A stretch of 49,421 nt of DNA from positions 1 through 49,421 of the forward strand of contig DASUPL010000231.1 in assembly GCA_036281155.1 (NCBI GenBank), in the 5' to 3' direction. This document shows, one piece after another, positions 25,651 through 34,929 of the stretch. A model generated the notes under the pieces. The model was not told the origin of the DNA, did not search any database, and saw only the letters and a program-made list of their open reading frames with translations. Every line of letters starts with the position of its first letter. Position 1 is the stretch's first letter. The position numbers and the translations under genes were made by a program. This DNA is from Solirubrobacteraceae bacterium. Its GTDB lineage: Bacteria; Actinomycetota; Thermoleophilia; Solirubrobacterales; Solirubrobacteraceae.

Positions 25651-25857
25651 ATGAAGACCATGAGCCTCCGCCTCGAGGACGATCAGGCTCGCGCGATCAA
25701 TGCTCTGGCGATGGCCGAGGAAACCTCGGTGTCGGAGGTGGTCCGCACGGCGATCGACGAACGGATCGCGAAGCGGCGCGCGGACAAGGACTTTCAGGCG
25801 CGGCTCAAGCGCGCCGTCGAGCGCAACCGCGAGGCGCTCGACCTGCTGGCCAAATAG
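25651..25857 (+). CDS. Ribbon-helix-helix (CopG-like) putative antitoxin
   Basis: MKTMSLRLEDDQARAINALAMAEETSVSEVVRTAIDE RHH pattern; C-terminus NREALDLLAK; RBS AAGGGAG. Confidence 0.85.
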   Translation: MKTMSLRLEDDQARAINALAMAEETSVSEVVRTAIDERIAKRRADKDFQARLKRAVERNREALDLLAK

Positions 25858-25884
25858 CGCGGCCGTCTCACGCCGCGCCAACAG

Positions 25885-25921
25885 GAGAGGGGCCGAGCGC
25901 CACGGCGCATCGACCCCTCTC
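25885..25921. terminator. GC-rich hairpin between convergent genes
   Basis: GAGAGGGG-cCGA-GCGC-cacg-GCGC-a-TCGa-CCCCTCTC; no U-tract, which is common in Actinobacteria. Confidence 0.55.
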
Positions 25922-25956
25922 GGACAAGCTGTCGTCTCGCTCGAGTCGCGGCAGGG

Positions 25957-26562
25957 CTAATGCCAGCCCAGAATGCCCGCGGAATCGGCCTTCAGTAACA
26001 CGAACCCTGTGAAGAATCCTCCTTCCTGGATCCCCACAGCACCGCATTCTCCGCCCGAGCTTTCCGAATCGACGTTTCCAACGAGGAGGCTCAGTAACAG
26101 GTCCGTGGCCTTCGGAAAGATCGAAACGCGTTTGAGCGTTTTGTTCAAACCACCGTTTTTGATTTTAATGCTGCATCCAGCTCCCGGGACGGTGATCACG
26201 ATTGGTTTCCCGCTGATGGTCAGCCATTCTTCCGCGCCGAGTTCGAATTCCACCGGCGAGACTATCGCGGGACCACCCAGCGCCGTGCAGTTCGTGTACT
26301 GCCCTTTCAGGGGTAGTACTTTCGTGCTGCCGGGCAGGATGAAGCCATGGAGTTTCAGGCTCTCGCATTCGATTTTTACACTCGCACCCGTGGTGAACGT
26401 CTGTAAGCCCTCTCCTATCCCTAACAGTAAGGCCGGTAAAAACGGTAATGGCCCTGTCCATAAGAAGGCATGTAATTCATGTGCCGATGCCGTTCCAGCG
26501 TAGGCCGCCATGAGTGGCAGGGCGACCGCTAGCGCCACTCCTGCGTTGACGATACGTCGCAC
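25957..26562 (-). CDS. Secreted beta-rich protein of unknown function
   Basis: GTG start with AAAGGAG RBS; signal peptide ending ASA; four Cys; 201 aa. Confidence 0.8.
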   Translation of the reverse strand: MRRIVNAGVALAVALPLMAAYAGTASAHELHAFLWTGPLPFLPALLLGIGEGLQTFTTGASVKIECESLKLHGFILPGSTKVLPLKGQYTNCTALGGPAIVSPVEFELGAEEWLTISGKPIVITVPGAGCSIKIKNGGLNKTLKRVSIFPKATDLLLSLLVGNVDSESSGGECGAVGIQEGGFFTGFVLLKADSAGILGWH

Positions 26563-26640
26563 GATCTATCTCCTTTGTTGAGTTGCGTGTTGGAACCAAT
26601 ATTCCGAACACCCCCAATGATCGCGTCTTGCTAGCGGATG

Positions 26641-27468
26641 TCAAGGCGCGACGAGCGTGCGCAGGACCGCCTCGTAGACGCCGCCGCCGTGGCCCGCGTC
26701 GGTGACGCGTACGTTCGGATGGGCCGCCATCGCCTCGCGCATCGACGGGTCGCGCTCGACGGCGTTCGCGACGAGCCAGAACGTGTCGACCTGCGTGGCG
26801 CATGCGAGATCCTCGCGCGAGTCGCCCACGGCGAACGTCTCCGCGAGGGCATAGCCGCGCGCCTGGCGGTGAAAACCGACGGCGGTGGCCTTTGAGGCTC
26901 CCGCGGGAACGAGGTGGTAGCCGCGCACGTGCGGCAGCGCGGCGAGCGCCTGCGAACGGCGGTTGACGACGCCGTTGTCCACGAGCCGCAGATCCCCGTG
27001 ACCGCGCTCGGCGAGCAAACTGTCAACCTCGAAGGCATCCACGAGTCCGCGGAACAGGTGCGAGACTTCGCGGTTCAGATGCCACGGGTCGTGGTACTCG
27101 AGGTAGCCGGCGTAGCGCTCGAGCAGCATCGCGGGCGCGCCGGAGCGCTCGATCTGCTCGGCGATGCTGAGCTCGCCCGGCATGAGCTCGCCGGTGAGCC
27201 AGTGCTCCTCGCCCTCCAGCACCACGCAGGCCCCGGCCTCGAAGATGAACGAGCTCTGACCTAGCAGGCGCGCGTCCTCGAACACCTGCGCGCGCCGGCG
27301 GCCGGACATCAACACCACCTCCACGTCCGCGCGCAAACACGCCTGCACCGCGCGCACCCCGTCGAGCGAGACCTGCCCCTCGCCGTCGTGCAGCAGCGAC
27401 GCGCCGCGCCCGAGCAGCGTGCCGTCGAGGTCCAAATACAGGCAGCGCATCGCCGCGTGCCCGCTCAT
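26641..27468 (-). CDS. HAD-superfamily phosphatase (Cof/MpgP-like); candidate glucosyl-3-phosphoglycerate phosphatase
   Basis: YLDLDGTLL, MSGR, ASKA and VGDSRED; directly downstream of gpgS. Confidence 0.85.
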   Translation of the reverse strand: MSGHAAMRCLYLDLDGTLLGRGASLLHDGEGQVSLDGVRAVQACLRADVEVVLMSGRRRAQVFEDARLLGQSSFIFEAGACVVLEGEEHWLTGELMPGELSIAEQIERSGAPAMLLERYAGYLEYHDPWHLNREVSHLFRGLVDAFEVDSLLAERGHGDLRLVDNGVVNRRSQALAALPHVRGYHLVPAGASKATAVGFHRQARGYALAETFAVGDSREDLACATQVDTFWLVANAVERDPSMREAMAAHPNVRVTDAGHGGGVYEAVLRTLVAP

Positions 27469-27511
27469 CGCATCGCCACCGCGCACTCGCACCGCTTTAT
27501 CTGTGATGCGT

Positions 27512-28393
27512 TCATGCGACCGACACGCTCGCGTGCGCGGGTCGTTCGACGAGCGTGGGCACGTCGATGTCGTGCACGCGCCCGTCCTGCTGAGCGCGCC
27601 GCGCGATCGCGCCGAGCACGGTGGTGGCCATGGACGTGAGCGCGGACAGCGGCTGGTGCGGATTGCGGTGCTCGTCGAGGTCCACCTGCGCGATGCCGTC
27701 GAGCCCAACCGCGCGCCACGCGTCGATGAGCATCGCGATCTCGACGCCGTACCCGGTGGCGAACGGCAGCGACGCGAGCAGCTCGCGCCGGGCCGCGATC
27801 TCGCCGGCGAGCGGCTGGCGCACGCCCGCGAGCTCGGGGTAGAACAGCGCGAGCGCCGGCCGGGCGAGCAGGTGGTTGACGCGCCCGCCCCCCTCCCCGC
27901 TCGCGGCCCCCTCCTCGCCGAGCGGGCGCCGGTAGAACGCCTTGACGAACGACACGCCCGGCTCGCACACGAGCGCTCCGAGCAAACCGGTGGCGAAGTG
28001 CGCGGAGAAGTCCTCCGTGTCGGCGTCGAGGAAGCACACGATCTCACCGCGGAGCACGGACAAAGCGCGCCACATCGCATCGCCCTTGCCGAGCACGGGT
28101 CCGTGCGAGGGCATCAGCTCGCCCTCATGCCACACGACCGCACCGGCCCGCTTGGCGATCTCGGCGGTGCCGTCGCCCGAAGCGGCGTCCACCACGACGA
28201 TCTCGTCGATCGCGCCCAGCTCGCGCAGCCGGACCAGCTCGGCGACTACGCGCCCGACGGTCCGCGCGCACTCGCGCGCGGGCAGGCACACGGACACGCT
28301 CGCGGTCCGCTCGGCGGCGATCCGCTCGGCGGGATAGAGCGAATGGTGGAAGGAGCGGGTTTGCGCCCAGCGCTCGGCGGCCGTGAACGACAT
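27512..28393 (-). CDS. gpgS: Glucosyl-3-phosphoglycerate synthase
   Basis: VSVCLPARE, GKGDAMWRAL, FLDAD, FVKAFYRRP, GGRVN, QPLAGE, GYGVEI. It forms the C-terminal part of the 1174-aa shadow ORF. Confidence 0.9.
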   Translation of the reverse strand: MSFTAAERWAQTRSFHHSLYPAERIAAERTASVSVCLPARECARTVGRVVAELVRLRELGAIDEIVVVDAASGDGTAEIAKRAGAVVWHEGELMPSHGPVLGKGDAMWRALSVLRGEIVCFLDADTEDFSAHFATGLLGALVCEPGVSFVKAFYRRPLGEEGAASGEGGGRVNHLLARPALALFYPELAGVRQPLAGEIAARRELLASLPFATGYGVEIAMLIDAWRAVGLDGIAQVDLDEHRNPHQPLSALTSMATTVLGAIARRAQQDGRVHDIDVPTLVERPAHASVSVA

Positions 28394-28414
28394 CGCCCCT
28401 ACTATCTCAAGTCC

Positions 28415-30772
28415 TTGCCCGTCGACCGCAAAACCGAGCCGTGGAGCGCGCTGCTCGATGCAGGGCTCGAGGACGGCCGACTGGTGCGCGAGGCGCGCGA
28501 AGGACCGACGAAGGCGAGCCTCGTGGAGACCCCGCCGCAGCTGCACCCGGAAGTGCTCGCTGCGCTGGAGCGGATGGGCGTGGAGCAGCTGTACTCCCAC
28601 CAGGCGCAGGCGATCCACGCGGCCACGGAAGGCCCGACGATCGTGACGACGGGAACGGCGTCGGGGAAGTCGATGTGCTTCAACCTGCCGACGCTGCACA
28701 TCCTCTGCGAACAGTCGCGGGCGCGGGCGTTGTACCTGTATCCGACGAAGGCGCTCGCGCAGGACCAGGCGCGCGCGCTGGCGTCGTTCGGCCTGAGCAA
28801 GCGGGTGCGCCCGGCGATCTACGACGGCGACACGCCGCGCGAGGCGCGCGCGCAGATCCGCAAGGGCGCGAACGTGGTGCTGACGAACCCGGACATGCTG
28901 CACGTGGGGATCCTGCCGAACCACGCTGCGTGGGCTGACCTGTTCGCGAACCTGGCGGTGGTGGTGATCGACGAGGCGCACGTATACCGCGGCGTGTTCG
29001 GATCGCACGTGGCGAACGTGCTGCGCAGGCTGCGACGGATCGCGGCGGCGTACGGCACGAATCCGATCTTCCTGATGACCTCGGCGACGATCGCCAACCC
29101 GGTCGAGCTGGCGCAGCGCCTGACGGGCCTGGAGGACGTGCGCCTGATCGAGCAGGACGGCTCGCCGGCGCCGCAGCGGCGGATCGCGGTGTGGAACCCA
29201 CCGACCACCGACTCCGTCGGCGGTGCCCCGGACGACAAGCTCGGCACGCGCCGCTCGGCATTGAGCGAGGCGGCGGAGCTGCTGGCGCGGCTGGTGCGCG
29301 ACGGCGCGCGGACGATCTGCTTCATGAAGTCGCGCAAGGGCGTGGAGGTGCTGGCGCGCCTCGTCAAACAGGACCTCCAAGACACCGATCCCGAGCTGGC
29401 GGAGCTCGTGGCGCCTTACCGCGCGGGCTACACCCCCCAGCAGCGACGGGAGCTGGAGGCACGCTTGACGAAGGGGGAGCTGCGCGCGGTGATCACGACG
29501 GACGCGCTGGAGCTGGGCATCGACATCGGCGAGCTGGACGCGGCGGTCGTGGTGACGTTCCCCGGCACGGTCGCGTCGCTGCGCCAGATGTGGGGCCGCG
29601 CGGGACGGCGCGGGCGGGGCCTGGCGCTGTACGTGGCGGGCGAGGACGCGCTGGACCAGTTCTTCTGCCGCCACCCCGAAGACTTCCTCGACCGACCGGT
29701 GGAGGCGGCGATCCTCGACCACGAGAGCGCGCCGATCTTCCGCTCGCACCTGCTGTGCGCGGCGCACGAGGGGCCGCTGGAGGCAGGGGACGCGGAGTTC
29801 CTGGGGCCGCGCTGGGAGAGCCACGCGGAGCACCTGGAGAGCGCGGGGGCGCTGCGCCGCCGCGGCGCTGTGACGGGCGGCACGTACGTTCCGCGCCAGC
29901 CGGGCGGCTACCCGGCGGGCGAGGTGTCGCTGCGCTCGGCCTCGCCGGAGAGCTTCGCGATCGTGGACGTGTCCTCGGGCGAGCTGCTCGGCTCGACGGA
30001 GGCCGCGCGCGCGCACTCGACGGTGCACGAGGGCGCGATCTACATGCACCAAGGGCGCTCGTACGAGGTGCGCGAGCTGGACCTGGAGCGCCGGCGCGCG
30101 CTGGTGTCGCCGTTCGACGGCGACTGGTACACGCAGCCGAAGAGCGACACGGACACGGAGATCGTGCGCCTGCTCGACCGCCGCGAGACGCTGGGGGTGA
30201 CGCTGTCGTTCGGCGAGGTGAGCGTGACGGACACGGTCCTCGCCTATCAGCGCAGGCGACTGGTGGATCACGCGCAGGTGGACATCGTGGCGCTCGATCT
30301 GCCCTCGAGCAGCTTCTCGACGCAGGCGCTGTGGTTCGAGCTGCCGGTCGGAGACCGGCCGGCGGGCGATCTGTCGGAGACAGTGCCGCTGGAGATCCTG
30401 CTCGGCGCGCTGCACGCGACCGAGCACGCGCAGATCGCGGTGCTGCCGTTGATCGCGATGTGCGACCGCTGGGATATCGGCGGCCTGTCGACGAACTTCC
30501 ACCCGCAGACAGGGGTTCCGACGATTTTCATATATGACGGCCACCCGGGTGGGATCGGCATCACGCGCATGGCGTTCGCGCGCTTCGAGGAGCTGTGCGG
30601 CGACGCGCACCGCCTGATCGCGGAGTGCCCCTGCTCCAGCGGCTGCCCGTCTTGCGTACAGTCGCCGAAGTGCGGCAACCTCAACGAACCTCTGCACAAG
30701 GCCGGTGCGCGCGCGCTGCTGGAGCGTCTGCTCGCCGCGAATGCCGAGTCGGCTCTCGGCGCTCCGCTCTGA
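28415..30772 (+). CDS. DEAH-box helicase with DUF1998 (MrfA/YprA/SftH-like)
   Basis: TGTASGKS, YPTKALAQDQ, DEAH, SAT, LELGIDIG, QMWGRAGR, and C-terminal CPCSSGCPSCVQSPKC. Start placed at TTG 28415. Confidence 0.93.
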   Translation: MPVDRKTEPWSALLDAGLEDGRLVREAREGPTKASLVETPPQLHPEVLAALERMGVEQLYSHQAQAIHAATEGPTIVTTGTASGKSMCFNLPTLHILCEQSRARALYLYPTKALAQDQARALASFGLSKRVRPAIYDGDTPREARAQIRKGANVVLTNPDMLHVGILPNHAAWADLFANLAVVVIDEAHVYRGVFGSHVANVLRRLRRIAAAYGTNPIFLMTSATIANPVELAQRLTGLEDVRLIEQDGSPAPQRRIAVWNPPTTDSVGGAPDDKLGTRRSALSEAAELLARLVRDGARTICFMKSRKGVEVLARLVKQDLQDTDPELAELVAPYRAGYTPQQRRELEARLTKGELRAVITTDALELGIDIGELDAAVVVTFPGTVASLRQMWGRAGRRGRGLALYVAGEDALDQFFCRHPEDFLDRPVEAAILDHESAPIFRSHLLCAAHEGPLEAGDAEFLGPRWESHAEHLESAGALRRRGAVTGGTYVPRQPGGYPAGEVSLRSASPESFAIVDVSSGELLGSTEAARAHSTVHEGAIYMHQGRSYEVRELDLERRRALVSPFDGDWYTQPKSDTDTEIVRLLDRRETLGVTLSFGEVSVTDTVLAYQRRRLVDHAQVDIVALDLPSSSFSTQALWFELPVGDRPAGDLSETVPLEILLGALHATEHAQIAVLPLIAMCDRWDIGGLSTNFHPQTGVPTIFIYDGHPGGIGITRMAFARFEELCGDAHRLIAECPCSSGCPSCVQSPKCGNLNEPLHKAGARALLERLLAANAESALGAPL

Positions 30773-30800
30773 ACGCGCGCGCCCGTTGTTGAGGGAGAAC

Positions 30801-32702
30801 ATGCTGTCGCTGAAGAGGACGCCGCTCGTCATCGCGCTCGCCTGCCTGGCGCTGGCGGCGATGGCCGCGGCTGCGTACGCGCCGGCGAGCCAGCCGCTGC
30901 TGTTCGAAGGTCCGGGCGGACGCACGGCGTTGACGCGCTGGACGCTGCGCGGCGACCCGTCCAACAGCGGCGCGGCGCTCGGCTGGCGGCGCGGCGGATT
31001 CGCGGGCAGGACGGTGAGCGTGCCGAACGTCGTCAACCCGAAGCACTACAACGGCCGCGCGGGCGCGCTCAACTACGAAGGCTCGGTGGCGTGGTATCGC
31101 ACGACGTTCAACGCGCCGCGCGCGGGCACGTACGCGCTGAGCTTCCAGTCGGCGAACTTCCAGGCGGGCGTGTGGGTGGACGGTCGCGCGCTCGGCTCAC
31201 ACCGGGGCTCATACCTGCCGTTCGAGCTGCGCGCGAGCCTGGCCGCGGGCACGCACACGGTCGTCGTGCGAATCGACTGGCGCAACCCGGGCGCGCAATC
31301 GCGCGAAGGCTTTCACCGCACGTGGTTCAACTGGGGCGGCCTGAACGGCGAGGTGAACGTGCGCCCGGTGGGCGACAGCGAGCTGTCGCGCCCCACGATC
31401 CAGACGACGCTCGGCGGCGCGACCGGGCCGTCGCCGACCGGCCCGGTCGCGCCGGGCGCTCCACAGACGACGGCGGCGAGCGTGCGGGTGAGCGTGCGGG
31501 TGAGCGACCATGGACCGACGCGAACGATCACACCCGAAGGATCGCTCGTCGACGGGAGCCAGAGGGTCGCCCTGGCCTTCGCGCCGTTGAGGCTCGCGCA
31601 CGGACGCTCGGCGACGGCGAGCGCGACCGCGCTCCTCGCCCAGCCGGCGCTGTGGTCGCCGGCGAGCCCGAACCTGTACCAGCTGAACCTCTCGGTCGGC
31701 GGCGAGAGCAGCTACACGGCGCGTGTCGGTCTCAGAGAGCTGACGTGGCACGGCGGGCACGTGTATCTCAACGGCGCGCGGCTGAAGCTGCACGGGGCGA
31801 GCGTGCAGGAGGATGCGCGCGGGCACGGCGACGCGCTCACGCCGGGCGACGAGGACGCGATCGTGAGCGAGCTGAAGGCGATCGGCGCGAACGTCGCCCG
31901 CGCGCAGCATCCGCTCGACCCGACGCTGCTGGAACGGCTCGACGCGGCGGGAATCCTCGTGTGGCAGGGAATCGGCCCGGTGGAAGGCGCGGGCAACTGG
32001 TATTCGAGCACGCCGCGCCTGCGGGCGGGGGCCGAAGCGCAGGCACGCACCGCGGCGATCGCCGCCGCGCTGCACCCGTCGATATTCGCGTGGAACCTCG
32101 TGAACGAGGTGGCCAGCAACGGGCACAGCGACGCGGAGGTCAAATACGTGCGGAACGTGTCGCGCTGGCTGCACGCGCACGACCCTGGGCGCATGGTGGC
32201 GGTGGACGTGTGGGGCGATCACCCGCCGCGGCGCATGGGCGCGCTGTACTCGGGGGTGGACGCGATCGCGGAGACGGACTACTCCGGTTGGTATGACTCC
32301 CCCCACGACACCCCCGCGCAGCTGAGGGCGCACATGCGCTCGCGTCTGGCGGCGATGGAGCGCACGTTCGCGGGCAAGGTGCTCGTGATCAGCGAGTTCG
32401 GCGCGGAATCGAACACCCTCAACCCGGCGGGCAGCGCCGGCAGCTACGCGTTCCAGTCACGGCTGCTGGCGGCGCACATCGCGGTGTACGCGGCCGACCC
32501 GAAGGTGAGCGCGATGCTCGTGTGGCTGCTGCGCGACTATCCCCTCACCCCGACCTTCGACGGCGGCTCGATCCATCACGTGCTGCCGCGCGTGAAACTG
32601 ATCGAAGGGCTCAACCAGAAGGGGCTGTTCACCTACGACGGGCAGGCCAAGCCGGCCGTGAAGACGGTCGCGCGACTGTTCGGCTCGCCGGCGATGCGGT
32701 GA
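30801..32702 (+). CDS. Secreted glycoside hydrolase family 2 (beta-glucuronidase/galactosidase-like)
   Basis: Signal peptide; YEGSVAWYR, FNWGGL, VGLRE, YLNG, WNLVNE (acid/base), SEFGA (nucleophile), NQKGL; RBS GAGGGAG. Confidence 0.9.
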   Translation: MLSLKRTPLVIALACLALAAMAAAAYAPASQPLLFEGPGGRTALTRWTLRGDPSNSGAALGWRRGGFAGRTVSVPNVVNPKHYNGRAGALNYEGSVAWYRTTFNAPRAGTYALSFQSANFQAGVWVDGRALGSHRGSYLPFELRASLAAGTHTVVVRIDWRNPGAQSREGFHRTWFNWGGLNGEVNVRPVGDSELSRPTIQTTLGGATGPSPTGPVAPGAPQTTAASVRVSVRVSDHGPTRTITPEGSLVDGSQRVALAFAPLRLAHGRSATASATALLAQPALWSPASPNLYQLNLSVGGESSYTARVGLRELTWHGGHVYLNGARLKLHGASVQEDARGHGDALTPGDEDAIVSELKAIGANVARAQHPLDPTLLERLDAAGILVWQGIGPVEGAGNWYSSTPRLRAGAEAQARTAAIAAALHPSIFAWNLVNEVASNGHSDAEVKYVRNVSRWLHAHDPGRMVAVDVWGDHPPRRMGALYSGVDAIAETDYSGWYDSPHDTPAQLRAHMRSRLAAMERTFAGKVLVISEFGAESNTLNPAGSAGSYAFQSRLLAAHIAVYAADPKVSAMLVWLLRDYPLTPTFDGGSIHHVLPRVKLIEGLNQKGLFTYDGQAKPAVKTVARLFGSPAMR

Positions 32703-32712
32703 CTCGAGGACG

Positions 32713-34599
32713 CTAACCGGCGAGAGACAGGTTGGTGAGAGTCGCCAGCACGGGCGGTTGGGCTTCGGGCTGGGAAGCGCCGGTCGAGTTGACCGCGCTG
32801 CCGCCGGGAAGGATCACGAGTTGGTTCACGCCCCGCTCGAGTTTGACGGGAATCTGGGCCTGCCCGCCGACGACCAGTCGATAGCCATAGCTCGGACCAC
32901 CAGGACTGCTGACGCGCGCTTCAAGCGACTTGCCGGGTTTGAGCCCGGGACCCCCGACGACGTTGGCGTCCAACGTGGCGGTACGGCGGTCGGGCGAGAC
33001 GATCGTGATGGCGACGTCGTTGCCCGCGCTGAGCGAGAACCCGGTCGCGTCGGTGCCAATGCTCGAATAGCTGGGCGGGCTGCGTTCGAAGTTGATCGAA
33101 TTCACCTCCGCGAGCACAGGATGCCCGACGATGCTGGCCATCGCGGTCGACAACGGCGAGGCGAAGCTGACCACCGATCGCCACGTGCTGGGGCGCCGCT
33201 CGAGTTCCATGCCGCTGATGGCCAGGCCCGTCAGACAGCTCCAAACCGCGAGGATCCCGCCGCCCACCCGCACGAGTCGGCGAGCGCGCCCCTGCGTAAC
33301 GCTCGACAACGCCAGCCAGACCGCGATCGAACCGAACAGCAGCAGCGATATGTAGTCGGTCTCGTAGCGCTCTGAGGAGATGTAGATCTCATATGCGACG
33401 AACGCCATGCAGGCAAATCCCGCGATCGCCATGAACACGAACAGAGGCTTCAGAGATCCGAGGGGCGCCAACAGGGCGGGGCGCCGCCGCCACATCCAGG
33501 GCAGCGCCACGAGGAAGATCGCTATCGGCGCCATCGCGAACAGCCCGCCCGTCTCTTCGGAGAGTGGCGCGTAGTGAGCGGGTATCCCGAAGGGATAGCT
33601 GATCTGCGGGTAGACGATCTGCAGAAACGGAAAGATGATCGTGAGACGGGGCGGCGCGAACAGATAGGACCAGAGCCCAGGCGGTAGGAAGCTGAGTTCG
33701 CCAAGGTGCACGTGATAGGAGGAGGGTCCGTTGATCTGATATCTCGCCCCGTACTCCAGCGGACTGCCGTAGCGCGCCTGGTTATAGGCGAGCAGCAGCA
33801 GTAGACACACGCCCAGCGGAGTCAGCAGCGCCACGAGCATGTCGCGCCGCGACTGCGTCGAGCGCAGCGTCATGTACACGGGTACGAGCAGGAGCGCGGT
33901 CACCGCGAGCGTGGGCCTCGAGCCAGTCGCCAGGCCGACACACGCGCTCATCAGAACGAGACGTTTCAGCGACGCCCGCCGATCCACCAGAGCGCGGACG
34001 ACAAACCAGACGGCGGCCATCGAAAAACAGTAAGCGGAGGCGATCTCCTCGTGATAGACGAGCGGAAATCGCAGGATGAAGGGGACCGTCGAAGCGATCG
34101 CGAGGGTGAAGGCCGCGAGGATGCACATCCACAGGCTCACATTCCCTATCTGCCTCAGGATCACCCTCAGAGTCGCCAACGCGAATCCGAGTCCGATGAT
34201 CGCGAAGGGCGTGCTGATCACGCTCGAGGAGGGCTCGAAGCCGAACAGGTGCAGCGGGACCAGCCACACGAGCACGGGCACCGCACCCCACGTGATGTAG
34301 AGATAGTGACCGAAGAGTGAGTAGTCGGGGTAGCCCCAGAGAAAGGCCGAGCGTTCAGCCGGATTGTATGGATCGCCGGGACCGAGAGCTTCGGCCGGCA
34401 CATTCACCACCCAGAGGTGAAAGTGGAGAAATGCGTCCGCCAGCCGATTGTATTGACTTGCCTCCCCACCATATAGATCCATGGGCGTCGCATAGGTCGC
34501 TCGCCAGTAGTAGAAAACCGCCGCGAGCACGAACACTCCGAAGAGTGCGACGCTCACACGATCTGCCGCCAATGCGCGTGCGCGTGCCGATAGTCGCAT
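32713..34599 (-). CDS. Polytopic membrane protein, possible GT-C-fold glycosyltransferase
   Basis: Roughly 11-12 hydrophobic segments; first loop DYSLFGHYLYITWG; VYHEE, GSRP, YNQARYG, ERYETD; C-terminal soluble beta domain. Confidence 0.6.
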   Translation of the reverse strand: MRLSARARALAADRVSVALFGVFVLAAVFYYWRATYATPMDLYGGEASQYNRLADAFLHFHLWVVNVPAEALGPGDPYNPAERSAFLWGYPDYSLFGHYLYITWGAVPVLVWLVPLHLFGFEPSSSVISTPFAIIGLGFALATLRVILRQIGNVSLWMCILAAFTLAIASTVPFILRFPLVYHEEIASAYCFSMAAVWFVVRALVDRRASLKRLVLMSACVGLATGSRPTLAVTALLLVPVYMTLRSTQSRRDMLVALLTPLGVCLLLLLAYNQARYGSPLEYGARYQINGPSSYHVHLGELSFLPPGLWSYLFAPPRLTIIFPFLQIVYPQISYPFGIPAHYAPLSEETGGLFAMAPIAIFLVALPWMWRRRPALLAPLGSLKPLFVFMAIAGFACMAFVAYEIYISSERYETDYISLLLFGSIAVWLALSSVTQGRARRLVRVGGGILAVWSCLTGLAISGMELERRPSTWRSVVSFASPLSTAMASIVGHPVLAEVNSINFERSPPSYSSIGTDATGFSLSAGNDVAITIVSPDRRTATLDANVVGGPGLKPGKSLEARVSSPGGPSYGYRLVVGGQAQIPVKLERGVNQLVILPGGSAVNSTGASQPEAQPPVLATLTNLSLAG

Positions 34600-34929
34600 T
34601 TCGCTCGCAACGTATCATCGCGACATCGCGCCCGCCCACGGGGCGTATGCGACACGTGGGTAATCGGACACACGCCACCCAAAAGCTTGCCGTGTCACTT
34701 CGATCCCGAGGAGATGTGCACGAAAAGCTCGCTTCGCGAGATGTCTCTGACTGACGAGAAGGGGTCGCCGCGCGGTGGCCACACCCAGCCGCTCGCCCAT
34801 ACGCTCGTCGCGAGACAGGTTTCAGTGAGAGACACCCGGCCGACCGCGCGCGCTGCCAGCGCGTGTCGTGTGGCGCACATCCGAGGCGCGGCTATGGAGG
34901 ATCGGAGAGATCTGTTCCACTACCGGGCG

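Noticed and set aside
3130-26636. TAGCG at both island edges as a target-site duplication
   Set aside because: Only 5 bp, it also occurs after the RHH stop, and no recombinase is present; chance is sufficient.
28415-30772. DUF1998 helicase as a DISARM/Druantia-type defence gene
   Set aside because: It is a single-chain MrfA/SftH-like helicase in a housekeeping context, with no DNA methylase, DrmA or other defence partners nearby.
27419-31036. Giant overlapping ORFs of 1117 aa (+) and 1174 aa (-)
   Set aside because: High-GC shadow extensions; only 28415-30772 (helicase) and 27512-28393 (gpgS) carry family motifs.
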